Shown: one piece after another, positions 25,040 through 36,860 of the stretch
How the letters are laid out: every line of letters starts with the position of its first letter
Position numbering within the stretch: position 1 is the first letter of the stretch
NCBI RefSeq assembly: GCF_001194135.2
Contig: NC_068986.1
Location: 85,724,193-85,764,029, forward strand
Length of the DNA: 39,837 nucleotides
Direction: 5' to 3'
Source of the DNA: Octopus bimaculoides
Taxonomy: Eukaryota
Notes under the pieces: generated by a model
What the model was told of the DNA's origin: nothing
Database searches by the model: none
The model's input: only the letters and a program-made list of their open reading frames with translations
Position numbers and translations under genes: made by a program

Positions 25040-25230
25040 GCAAAGTGTTCACAGAACTGCTACTTAGTTTCACGTTACCATTTGTCAGACAGCTGTAATG
25101 GAAACGGTCCAACGAACGGTAACGTGAAATTATGAGTAATTACTATGTAAATATTTTGCGGCTTTAATAAAGCATATTATTCTACCTTTTGAATTCTAGT
25201 ACTATTTTGTTCACCTAGTTTTGCACTTAT
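25040..25230. repeat. Probable interspersed repeat with a 16-bp inverted repeat
   Basis: TTTCACGTTACCATTT (about 25068-25083) vs GAACGGTAACGTGAAA (about 25113-25128). Confidence 0.45.
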
Positions 25231-25261
25231 GTACTTATGTGCCTAACTGTGTGTGTCTATA

Positions 25262-25305
<44 letters not shown>

Positions 25306-25386
25306 TTACTTGAGGTGAATGATACTGAAGTGAAGAAAAATAATTGTGAAAACCCGACAACTTATCAAAGACTTTGACAATACAAA

Positions 25387-25423
<37 letters not shown>

Positions 25424-25723
25424 CACACACTCATATGCATATATATTAAGTATAAAATAGTATATAGATATATAGGTATATATTTATATATGATTTTTAT
25501 ATACGTATACATACATATATACATATATACATATATACATGCAAATATTATTATACATAATACATACATTCATACACCAACACACACACACACACACTTA
25601 CATATATGAAAATATATATGTTTATTTAATTAAATATATATATATGGAATCATACATGTACGTGTGTATGAACGTACGTTATGTATATATAATATATATA
25701 AGCATATATGAATGTATTTATAC

Positions 25724-25770
<47 letters not shown>

Positions 25771-26299
25771 CATAAACACATATACACAGACTCATACATT
25801 TACACATATATGCGTATTAAGAAGATAAAAACTTGCAAGCAAATATTCGACAAAAGAGGATAAGTGTTTAAGACATACATCTGCGAGTGTGTCCGTCTGC
25901 TTGTGTGTGTGTGTACATATATATATGTGTGTATAATGTATCTGGAAATACATGTAAATATGTATATTTACCTATACATATTTAAATATTGCACACACAA
26001 ACAAACACACGCACACACACATAAATACATATTTTCACTTACACATATAAATATACATATACATACACACATACATATATATATATATAAACATATATAT
26101 ATATGTATATGCATACATATAGTTATATGTGCTTATGTATATGTATACACATATATACCTATATGTATAGTGAGAAATANNNNNNNNNNTATATATATAT
26201 GTATGTATGTATGTATACATATATATATATTTATGTATGTTATTATATGTATATATATATATTAACTTATACACAACACGAAGATCAACCACGTTAACA

Positions 26300-26545
26300 G
26301 CCAAGAGAATCGAGGTTGTGTAACATTCATATTAGAGATAGGATAATTCATATGGATTCCGTATATATTTAAAACCCACTTCGAAAATCTGTTCTATGAA
26401 AAGATCTATACATTTGCTTAGAAATGGGACTAAATCTTCTTTACACAGAAATATTGGAACGAACTGGATTACAGAATTTATTGTCCCTTTCGTTTGGATT
26501 AACGTTTTAATCCTATATATTTAAAAGAGGCTAAATTCACTAAGT
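26300..26545. repeat. Diverged direct duplication, copy A (partner about 30990-31230)
   Basis: By-hand alignment of the 183-nt cores gives 32 mismatches and no net indel. Confidence 0.9.
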
Positions 26546-26629
26546 CGAATAATGCGATATATAACATTAATATATGTGTGAATATAAGTATGTCTATATA
26601 TTCATGTGTTTACACTTGTAAAAACAGAT

Positions 26630-26944
26630 ATTTTGTCAGGCAGTAAATCAGCAAATACGTTGGCAGACATGTGCCACTCCTTGCATAGGGATAAAGGCGA
26701 AAGCTTTCCTGGTTTGCCCATATCTCCCACCATTGTTTCGGGCCCAGACGAGGGAGGAGGAAATAAGAGTAGACAGAGAAAATCCTGGTTGGACAGCATC
26801 AAGGGCTGCTGGACAGGTCACAGCACAGCGACATTGCTACGTGTGATAATAAATAGAAACCAAAGGCGACGTCTGACTACGAAAGCGTCTTGAGTGGCAC
26901 CCTAACGTCTACATCAGTTAAGGGATTTTGATGATGATGATATG
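26630..26944 (+). pseudogene. RTE-clade LINE 3' end
   Basis: ISKYVGRHVPLLA*G*RRKLSWFAHI and EGGGNKSRQRKSWLDSIKG...RNQRRRL match the RTE/BovB-type C-terminus (RKLxWFGH, GRQRKxWxD); short (GAT)n tail. Confidence 0.85.
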
Positions 26945-27149
26945 ATTTGAAGTGTGAAAATACCTTACCTTCACGCGTGCGACGCAGATGGAAACATCTT
27001 TCAATTGCTTTCAATCGTTCAACAAAGAAATTATTTGACTGTTTATTTTTGGAGTTGTTTCGATCGTTGTAATATTCTTTAAATTATATAGTGACACCAA
27101 AAGGAGGAGGAAAATATCTCTTAGTGTTCTGTGTTGTTATTTCTACAAA

Positions 27150-27480
27150 TACTAAGCAAAAGTAAAAGGATATAAAGACGAATACTTCAGGACATACAAA
27201 CGTGTTCCTTAGATAAACGTTACGGAACCATCTCACGGTCCCCAACCATTTTAAGAAGTCTTGAAGTGTCAATGGAATTGACCCTAATATCCCGTTCATA
27301 ACTGATATCACTTTTACATTACCTTTTCGCATTCCAACGTGTCCCACGACCTCCATTTCAGTCCGGAGTACTTGGAGAATTTTTCCAATCTATTTACTAG
27401 CAATGTTCTTCTCATATGGTATGGTTACGTCAATGATCCAGCAGCATTTTGACATTCTCGATCAAAACGGTTATTAGCAG
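27150..27480 (-). pseudogene. R4/Dong-type LINE 3' fragment (RLE domain)
   Basis: WIIDVTIPYEKNIASK, EKFSKYSGL, VKVISVMNGILGSIP. Confidence 0.75.
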
Positions 27481-27489
27481 ATATCCTAA

Positions 27490-28190
27490 GGTTTGCTGAC
27501 ACAGGACTCCTCAAATATTAACACTCTTTCTGAAGCTCCTAGTGGAAAAACTTGGTGACATTTTTCTGGAGTTCAACAATGTGATTCTCAATTCCAATAT
27601 CTTCCAGTCGTTTAAGAAATCAGATTCGGTGTCGTGTTAAGTGAACCAGTTAACTACAGAAATATTTTTTTGTTTGAGTCTCCAACAGTCTCTTCAACGC
27701 TCCTGATATACTCATCATTCTCCATATTCTCAATTTCTAAGGCGGTGAGATGGCAGAAGCGTTAGAACGCCGGCTGAAATGCTTATCGGTATTTCGTCTG
27801 TCTTTACGTTCTGAGTTCAAATTCCACCGAGGTCGAATTTGCCTTTCATCCTTTCGGGATCGATAAATTAAGTACCAGTTGCGTACTGGAGTCGATCTAA
27901 TCGACTGGCCCCTCCTCCAAAATTTCGGGCCTTGTGCCTAGAGTAGAAAGAATATTCTCAATTTCTTTGGTATCCTCTCTTTTTTCTTACGGTATTGCAA
28001 AGTTACTGTTTGTTCAATTTATCGTCAACAATCACATCTTGTCTTCTTGCTTCTATAGTAGTTAGTCTTTATAGGGAAGACCTTTAGCATCCCATAAATC
28101 GCATTTTCTATTAGAGTCTTTGATCTGTGTTCATAACATTTCCTGTTAAGTCTAAGCCACACACAAGACTAACATGCCAATGCACTCTTT
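27490..28190 (-). pseudogene. Second R4/Dong-type LINE 3' fragment, interrupted by a SINE
   Basis: KRVHWH...TIEARRQDVIV...KEIE upstream of the SINE; LKRLEDIGIENHIVELQK downstream of it. Confidence 0.75.
27739..27951 (+). mobile_element. Full-length SINE, family C (Nin-like domain)
   Basis: aaggcggtgagatggcaga head, gagttcaaattcc B box, gaggtcgaatttgcctttcatcctttcgggatcgataaattaagtacc; 15-bp TSD ATATTCTCAATTTCT (27724-27738 / 27952-27966). Confidence 0.93.
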
Positions 28191-28194
28191 TGAC

Positions 28195-28545
28195 AAACAG
28201 CGCATGACCTTACAGATGGCGTTCAGTAAGAATTTTCTTCAGGTCGAGTAGCCCATCCCGCTCAAAAGGTCCTTGAATAAGGGTTGTTTAAGGATGTTGA
28301 ACGAAGCACCCATGTTTCCAAAGATGGATTATACAAACCACAAAGAATTCCTTTCAACACATGACTATAATGCTACTACACTACTTTTGCTCGTGGTCAG
28401 TGATGCATATATCGTCTGCCAACTGACCGGCAAATCTGTGGTATTGTGAAAAAATATTTGCTGCAACCCATCTTTTACACCAAAACAAAACAATCAGTTA
28501 AGATCAGGCGCCATGAGAGTCAATGCCTGCTACTCCATCAAGGCA
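28195..28545 (-). mobile_element. Family D repeat, 3'-truncated, abutting (AAT)n 28551-28623
   Basis: 28195-28410 is reverse-complement homologous to 14599-14810; the extension to 28545 is inferred. Confidence 0.8.
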
Positions 28546-28548
28546 TTA

Positions 28549-28624
<76 letters not shown>

Positions 28625-28651
28625 TGTTTTAAAAAAACGAAAGGATAATTA

Positions 28652-28861
28652 CACGAAGAATATGTTCCCAGTAAAAATTTAGCGACACAACAGACTGTAA
28701 AAGGGCAAGACAAATGAAAAAAAAAATAATAAAGGATTAACCTACGTACCATGGTTTCACCTGTTAAAGTTTACATAAGTAAATATCTGCAGGATCATCA
28801 GCGTAGTCTGTCTATTTATAAATTGTGTCGCTAAATTTTTACTGAGAACATATTTTTCGTG
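28652..28861. repeat. 39-bp inverted repeat (28652-28690 / 28823-28861) enclosing a hammerhead motif
   Basis: CACGAAGAATATGTTCCCAGTAAAAATTTAGCGACACAA vs its reverse complement, 2 mismatches. Confidence 0.92.
28742..28806 (-). ncRNA. Minimal type I hammerhead ribozyme (Penelope-associated type)
   Basis: Minus strand reads CUACG-CUGAUGA-U-CCUG-(26 nt)-CAGG-U-GAAA-C-CAUG-G-UA-CGUAG: intact core, 5-bp stem I, 4-bp stem II, short stem III with palindromic CAUG loop, GUA cleavage triplet. Confidence 0.75.
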
Positions 28862-29801
28862 GTTAGCTGATCCGGCATCTATTTCTAGCATATAGGAGTC
28901 CACTTTTGCTGGTCATTCCTCTTATTTTTGTAAGAAATATAATTTTAATCTTCGGATTTTTTTAATATGCTAGACCACTGGTTTTAATTGATTAATATCA
29001 ATTTCTAACCTTATTAATATATATATGACAGGAATGGCAACAAAAGAAAGAGAGAGACCTCGATATTATGCAAATAGAGGAATTTATCTGTAAAAATATG
29101 TGACACTTATTCAGATCATCAAAATCATCATTGTGACCAAACAATCGGCAACACATTTGGTCCCAACCAACCACTCTGGCCATTACCATCGGGTTTTGAG
29201 ATCATCAGAGTAGAAATTTCTTTAAGCAATTCTACAGTGTAGGTACCAAGAGCAAATTTGATCTAAGGAAAGAGAGAAAAGAACACAAACGGCGCTATAT
29301 CGTGTCAAATGCTGACAAAAATCTACCAACGTACTAGCTATCGCTGGTGACTTATTTATCAATATTGAAATCATGAAAGCAGAGAAAAGAGAGTGGCAGC
29401 AAATACCAATAGGCATTTACAAAACGTTCTGTCTTGGCAGAATAGCAGTGACTGCTATAATTTACATTGAACTTTCTTCAACATATTATGAAATTGAATA
29501 TATCTAGAAATAATGGCAAAATGTTTTTGCGTGTGTGTATGTGTATGTGTGACTATGTATGTACACACACACATACACACACACACGCACACACACACAC
29601 ACACACTTAGACATATGTATATTTTCATATGTAAATATGTGGGCGTGTATATGTATACGCATGTATATATATATATGAATACATAAGTACATACATATAT
29701 GCATACGTATATATACACACATACATACACATATACTTGCATATATATCTAGGTATGTATATAAATACATATATATGTGTGTGTATATATATATATGTAT
29801 G

Positions 29802-29855
<54 letters not shown>

Positions 29856-30989
29856 NNNNNNNNNNNNNNNNNNNNNNNNNNNNNNNNNNNNNNNNNNNNN
29901 NNNNNNNNNNNNNNNNNNNNNNNNNNNNNNNNNNNNNNNNNNNNNNNNNNNNNNNNNNNNNNNNNNNNNNNNNNNNNNNNNNNNNNNNNNNNNNNNNNNN
30001 NNNNNNNNNNNNNNNNNNNNNNNNNNNNNNNNNNNNNNNNNNNNNNNNNNNNNNNNNNNNNNNNNNNNNNNNNNNNNNNNNNNNNNNNNNNNNNNNNNNN
30101 NNNNNNNNNNNNNNNNNNNNNNNNNNNNNNNNNNNNNNNNNNNNNNNNNNNNNNNNNNNNNNNNNNNNNNNNNNNNNNNNNNNNNNNNNNNNNNNNNNNN
30201 NNNNNNNNNNNNNNNNNNNNNNNNNNNNNNNNNNNNNNNNNNNNNNNNNNNNNNNNNNNNNNNNNNNNNNNNNNNNNNNNNNNNNNNNNNNNNNNNNNNN
30301 NNNNNNNNNNNNNNNNNNNNNNNNNNNNNNNNNNNNNNNNNNNNNNNNNNNNNNNNNNNNNNNNNNNNNNNNNNNNNNNNNNNNNNNNNNNNNNNNNNNN
30401 NNNNNNNNNNNNNNNNNNNNNNNNNNNNNNNNNNNNNNNNNNNNNNNNNNNNNNNNNNNNNNNNNNNNNNNNNNNNNNNNNNNNNNNNNNNNNNNNNNNN
30501 NNNNNNNNNNNNNNNNNNNNNNNNNNNNNNNNNNNNNNNNNNNNNNNNNNNNNNNNNNNNNNGGGTGTACACGTATATATGTATATATATATGTGTGTGT
30601 ATATATTATATACATATATATATATATGTATATACACATGCACACACACACGCTCACACACACACACACGCACACACACACATATACACACACATATACA
30701 TATATACACGTATGTACCATGTATGCATGTGAAAGAATAATTACGAAAATATATAAGCTAGCAAAAAAAAAAAACAACAACTAAAGAAACTACGATAAAT
30801 AGCTAAATCCATACTTATAAAAAATACAAAATATAAAGAAAATATCTATATAAAATAATAAAACATCACCAAAATCTACGACAACAACAACGACAGTGAA
30901 AAACAAGAATTATAATGAGTATACACAATGTTATCAACGATGATATAGAAATAAAAATGTAGTAATAAGCGACTAAAAGCTTTTACATG

Positions 30990-31230
30990 TCATGAGAATA
31001 ATGGCTGCATAACATTCATATCAGAGATAGCATAATTCATAAGGATTCCGTATATAGTTAAAATCCATTTGAAAAATCTGTTCTATGAAAAGATCTATAT
31101 ACTTGCTTAGAAATTGGTCTAAATCTTCTTTACACAGAAATATTGTCACCAACTGGGGAAAAAAGATTTCCTGCCCGTTAGTTTGGATTACGGTTTTAAT
31201 CATATATTATTAAATGAAGCAAAATTCTTC
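30990..31230. repeat. Diverged direct duplication, copy B (contains ORF 31021-31203 on minus)
   Basis: Homologous to 26300-26545. Confidence 0.9.
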
Positions 31231-32462
31231 GGTGAGTATAGATGATGTGTGAGCTAATACATACATGCATACATACATATATACATACATACATACGCAC
31301 ACACACACATATATATATACAAACACACACACACACACGCACATATATATATACATACATATATGTGTATGAATATGCATGTATATATGTAAGTATGTAT
31401 ATATATATGTATATGTATTAATATATATGTATATTTGTACATATATGATATATATAAACTTATATATATGCCTATAAATATTTATATATATATATATGCA
31501 TATACATACATATATATATATGTATGTATATGTGGATATGTATATGCAGTCGTATATATATGTATCTATAGATACATATTTATAGACATACATACATATA
31601 TACACACACATATATATATGTATATATATANNNNNNNNNNNNNNNNNNNNNNNNNNNNNNNNNNNNNNNNNNNNNNNNNNNNNNNNNNNNNNNNNNNNNN
31701 NNNNNNNNNNNNNNNNNNNNNNNNNNNNNNNNNNNNNNNNNNNNNNNNNNNNNNNNNNNNNNNNNNNNNNNNNNNNNNNNNNNNNNNNNNNNNNNNNNNN
31801 NNNNNNNNNNNNNNNNNNNNNNNNNNNNNNNNNNNNNNNNNNNNNNNNNNNNNNNNNNNNNNNNNNNNNNNNNNNNNNNNNNNNNNNNNNNNNNNNNNNN
31901 NNNNNNNNNNNNNNNNNNNNNNNNNNNNNNNNNNNNNNNNNNNNNNNNNNNNNNNNNNNNNNNNNNNNNNNNNNNNNNNNNNNNNNNNNNNNNNNNNNNN
32001 NNNNNNNNNNNNNNNNNNNNNNNNNNNNNNNNNNNNNNNNNNNNNNNNNNNNNNNNNNNNNNNNNNNNNNNNNNNNNNNNNNNNNNNNNNNNNNNNNNNN
32101 NNNNNNNNNNNNNNNNNNNNNNNNNNNNNNNNNNNNNNNNNNNNNNNNNNNNNNNNNNNNNNNNNNNNNNNNNNNNNNNNNNNNNNNNNNNNNNNNNNNN
32201 NNNNNNNNNNNNNNNNNNNNNNNNNNNNNNNNNNNNNNNNNNNNNNNNNNNNNNNNNNNNNNNNNNNNNNNNNNNNNNNNNNNNNNNNNNNNNNNNNNNN
32301 NNNNNNNNNNNNNNNNNNNNNNNNNNNNNNNNNNNNNNNNNNNNNNNNNNNNNNNNNNNNNNNNNNNNNNNNNNNNNNNNNNNNNNNNNNNNNNNNNNNN
32401 NNNNNNNNNNNNNNNNNNNNNNNNNNNNNNNNNNNNNNNNNNNNNNNNNNNNNNNNNNNNNN

Positions 32463-32759
32463 GCGAAAACACCTAAAGTTTCACGAGGCTCCGGCAGGTG
32501 ATGGTGGCGAACCCTGCTGTACTCTTTCACCACAACTTTCTCTCACTCTTACTTCCTGTTTCTGTTGTGCCTGTAATTCAAAGGGTCAGCCTTGTCACAC
32601 TGTGTCACGCTGAATATCCCAGAGAACTACGTTAAGGGTACACGTGTCTGTGGAGTGCTCAGCCACTTGCACGTTAATTTCACGAGAAGGCTGTTCCGTT
32701 GATCGGATCAACTGGAACTCTCGACTTCGTAAGCGACGGAGTGCCAACACACAACAACA
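32463..32759 (+). mobile_element. SINE family A, 5' end lost in the assembly gap
   Basis: High similarity to about 5790-6083 (gcgaaaacacctaaag...gacggagtgccaaca). Confidence 0.92.
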
Positions 32760-33879
32760 TATATGTGTTTGTGTATGTATGTATGCATAAATGTAGCGAA
32801 ACATGCCTATATCTATGTATTTCTGTCTCTCTCAGTCTCTGTATGTATGTATGTACATAAATAAATATATCTACTTATTCATAAATATATTTATGCGTAT
32901 ACTCTTACATGATTGTATGTGTGTGTTTGCGCGCGTGCACATACACATACACACACTTACTCACATACACACTCTCTCGGACACACAGCACACACACTCT
33001 CTCTCACACACTCTTTCTCTCTCTCACACACACACACTTACACATACACTTTAAGTGGAGCAGCAACAATCCCCCGATTGCTTACGTATGTTTCATTCGT
33101 TGCTATCATGTCAAAATTTAGGAGTGTCTTCTTGGTTCAAACGCGGGTATACTTAATAGTGATTTGGAAATGCTTCCCTTTCGTGAGGACTATTTGGTAC
33201 TCAAACATCTATGAGCCCTTACAGTGTTTTCCTGCTTGGCCATTTTTTTCTGCTTCAGTAGTTCTTCAGAAACTTCTGGAACAACTTCACCTGTCTCTCT
33301 GTAAATCCAGAAGCTTGAACGCTTTGGCGGTCAAGACGTGCTCTGAAAAATCCTAGAATAGTACCTGCATCACTCAGTTATTGCGTAGTTTCTTGATTAT
33401 CTTGCGTAATTTTGCCTTTTCTTCCTTGTTAATCGTGTGTGTGTGTTATTATAACATCATTTCCTTATATGTATTTCTGTGCCTCTCTCGTAACGAAATC
33501 CTTAGTGTTGAATGCAGACAATGAATCCCTAGAACCGCACATTCCTCCAGTCTGCGTATATCTTCCGATTTTAGGATCCCTGTTTGGAAGCCATATAAAC
33601 GTTGTACAGGCAAAATTTGAGTTGTTGCCTATTATAGTATTTATTTCAGGACACGATTCTTAATATTCCATAATCTGTAAGTACGTCTGTAGTTTTCGAC
33701 TTGAAAATAATTATGGTAACTATTTCTCTGTTACGTGACTGAATCTTGCATTTTGCATTATCTTTTTTCATAATCCTTATGTTACATTTTCCCAGTAGCT
33801 GCTAGGTGGATATTCTAAATTTGTAAATGATCACGGATATGTGTATAATACTGATGTAAGGAATGAAGGGAGATTATAA

Positions 33880-34200
33880 GAAGTTCTTTAATCGTGGTGT
33901 CAGTTTTAAACTGTTTAGACTTATAATAAAAACTGCTTCCTGTCTCAGCATTATCTCTCTAGACATTTTGAAACAATATCTACACTGACTCTTTTGATTA
34001 AACCATGCTATTTGTCTAACTAATTAATACATGCTGGCAGAATGTGATATAGATATATTTTTGGTACCGGGCTATTTGTTCTAATTAATGCTCACCCAAT
34101 ATTTCACACAAGATTAAACGTATTTCTCCAACGTAAAGTTCAATGATACTCTCAGGCAACATTCACAGTATACTATAGCATTTTCTTTGGTTTTGCAGCA
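33880..34200 (-). pseudogene. Decayed Penelope-type GIY-YIG endonuclease fragment
   Basis: CKTKENAIVYCECC followed (frameshift) by LYVGEIRLILCEILGEH, and RQEAVFIISLNSL; resembles C.T.N.IY...C..C...YVGET...L..R..EH. Confidence 0.5.
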
Positions 34201-34561
34201 TACATATTCCAGTTAATTTTATAAGTGTACCTAGTAAAAAGGTAAGAATTAGATGAGTGATCTGATGGATCTATCTGTTATATCTCTGGTATAATATCAA
34301 AACGAATATCTCGGGCAATTTTCCTCAATCTATGTGATATTTTACTAAACGGACATGACAAGTACATGCAAGGAACATTAAACTAAAAGGCCTGTTGCTA
34401 GTAGTGTAAAGCATACTGACTTAATTATAATTTCTTTAATTATGTCTTCCTAAATATTTAGAAAGCATATCTGCATCTTTATTCAGAACATGTTCAAATC
34501 TTTTCTTGGCTCTCTTATTGTGAGCCCAAATGAAACCATATATAAGATGTAGTATTAAGTA

Positions 34562-35784
34562 CGAATTGGCATTACAACCTTTTCAGACTAGTTATGTTAA
34601 AAAAAACTAACTTATTTACATAAGAATTTACACGATGTCCTCCAAAACAGTCACCTTGCGCAGCATTCCTATCATTCGTACCACATTTGAAATGCTGCCT
34701 GGAAGTCGTTCTTCGTAAGCGAGTCGAGGATCTCCTGTAATTCACTCTGGATCTCGACAACGGTATTAAAGCGGTGACCTTTGAGCTGCATTTACGTCTT
34801 GCGAAAAAGATGGAAGTCAGCAGGTGCTAAATCTGGCAAATAAGGCGGGTGCGGAGTTGATACCATGTTTTTTGGTGAGAAACTCACGAGTGAGTAAAGC
34901 TCGATGACAAAGTGCATTGTTGTTGAGAACCCAGTTCTTCGTGTTCCACAGTTCCGGTCCCTTTCACCGAATGTCCTCCCTCAGATACTTTTAAACGCCG
35001 CAGTAGAACTCTCCATGGCTGGCCTGGCCCCGGGGGATGAATACTCGATGCACAATAAAACGATGAGCATGCTCTGATTGATATGTGTCTCTGTCGTGCC
35101 TTTTTCGGCCGTAGAGATGAAAGGCTCTTCCATTGTGCCGACTGCTTCGTCTCAGTGTAGTACCCGTAGACCCCTCTACCGATGAAAATCCTCGATATGA
35201 AGGATGACGGAGGTCTTGACAGACTCCAAAGTTATGTTCTTTCTGCTCAGTGGTCAACAGTCGGAGGAAAAACTTGGTAGAGACACGCTGCATTTACAAT
35301 TCAGATGTTAAAATTGCCTGCACGGATCCAAACGGCAGACTAACAGCATCTGCAATGTCATTGATTGTTCTCCGACGATCGTCATGCACAAGCTGATGAA
35401 TTTTCTACATATTTCCGTGGGTGACGTTCGTGGCACGTCTTCCAGATCGCTTATCGTCTTCCAGATCGCTTATCGTCTTCCAGGGACGTTCTTCCGTTTT
35501 TGAAGCTCTCATGTCACTTTGACTCGATACCTTAACTTTGCCGAATCATGCTCAAAGTCTCTTAGGCAGACTTTCCAAGTTTAACGGAAAATTTCGTTTG
35601 CTCTTTGTTCCTGAGGATGACAAAATCGCAGACAACAGCACGCTTGTGATCCCCAAAACACAGTGATGCCACTCGGCACAGTGCCTCATGCATGTCACTT
35701 CAAGGTCTCACTGCGCATGCAAGTATGTGCTGCTATCTGTTGGCGCGCTACAAAAGTAGTCCAAGAATGTTTGATACCACCTCG
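34562..35784 (-). mobile_element. Near full-length mariner DNA transposon with inactivated transposase
   Basis: HPPYLPDLAPADFHLF (34801-34855), SLEDDKRSGR, DRRRTINDIA, KFFLRLLTTEQKE. Degenerate TIRs of about 31 bp (34562-34593 / 35754-35784), TA on both sides, 1223 bp. Stops, deletions and a 19-bp duplication. Confidence 0.92.
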
Positions 35785-36443
35785 TATAAACACGCTGTAT
35801 ATAAGGGAATCATTTTTATGGCACATTTTTTAATATCCTTGAAAGTTCTTTGTATAATTGTATATACCATGTTGTAAACATGGAAACAATGCAACCTGAA
35901 ACTAACTGATGTTTAAAAATCATTAAGACAAATGCAATCAACCTGATTTCGTTCCACATGCCTACAGTAAATATAACTCGAGAGAATGCAAGAGATATTA
36001 TTCATTAACACATTTTCAGAGCAATGTCAGTGACCGGGTCGAAATCATACAAGAAAGAATTTAACACCTTATGAAAATAATTAAAATTAAATGTAACAGG
36101 ATTTTTTTTTTTAACAGATATTTTTGTTGTTAACGTGTATCGATCGAGTTATTTCGCTAACTATACACAATCTCTAAGTATCTATGTTTGTATATGTATA
36201 ACTTTATATATATATATATATATNNNNNNNNNNNNNNNNNNNNNNNNNNNNNNNNNNNNNNNNNNNNNNNNNNNNNNNNNNNNNNNNNNNNNNNNNNNNN
36301 NNNNNNNNNNNNNNNNNNNNNNNNNNNNNNNNNNNNNNNNNNNNNNNNNNNNTATATTACTGTGTCCGACTGATTAATATTCTATTTATTAGTGCAAATG
36401 ATGATAGCCCTGCTTTTAAATTGATGTAATGATTGCATTATTC

Positions 36444-36860
36444 AATTACATGGAATCACTTGAAACGGTCGTACTACATCACCTCTTGATATACTGTTGC
36501 TTATTTTGATTATATATATATATGTATGTATGTATGGATAAAATTTAGATTCAAGGTGAATATAGTACTTAAGTGTAGGCTTCAGAATTAAGTATGGTAT
36601 TACCCATACAGTTTGAAAATAAGGTGATTAAAGTCAAAATAAGCAACAAAGTTATCTAAATTTAATGCAATACGATCGTTTCATGCGACTCCATCTAATT
36701 AAGCAATTTTAACATTATATCAGATATAAAATGCAGAGCAATCCTCAGCTGCACAAAGATATAGAAATTTACTGAAATTACATTTCAACAGAAGGACATA
36801 TTTTTATAACTACATTTAAACTCGCCAAGTAGAAAGGAAGAATATATAAAAAAAAGACAT
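36444..36860. mobile_element. Second locus of the long-TIR MITE family (inverted inner-arm fragment 36444-36511, then arm plus interior 36565-36860)
   Basis: Shares AAAATGCAGAGCAATC.TCAGCTGCACAAAGATATAGAA and the arm sequence with 4146-4472. Confidence 0.8.

Noticed and set aside
33050-33720. Unique segment with weak resemblance to transposase or LINE peptides (DPKIGRYTQT)
   Set aside because: The similarity is too weak and inconsistent across frames to assign.
34991-35293. 100-aa ORF as an independent gene
   Set aside because: Frameshifted fragment of the mariner transposase.
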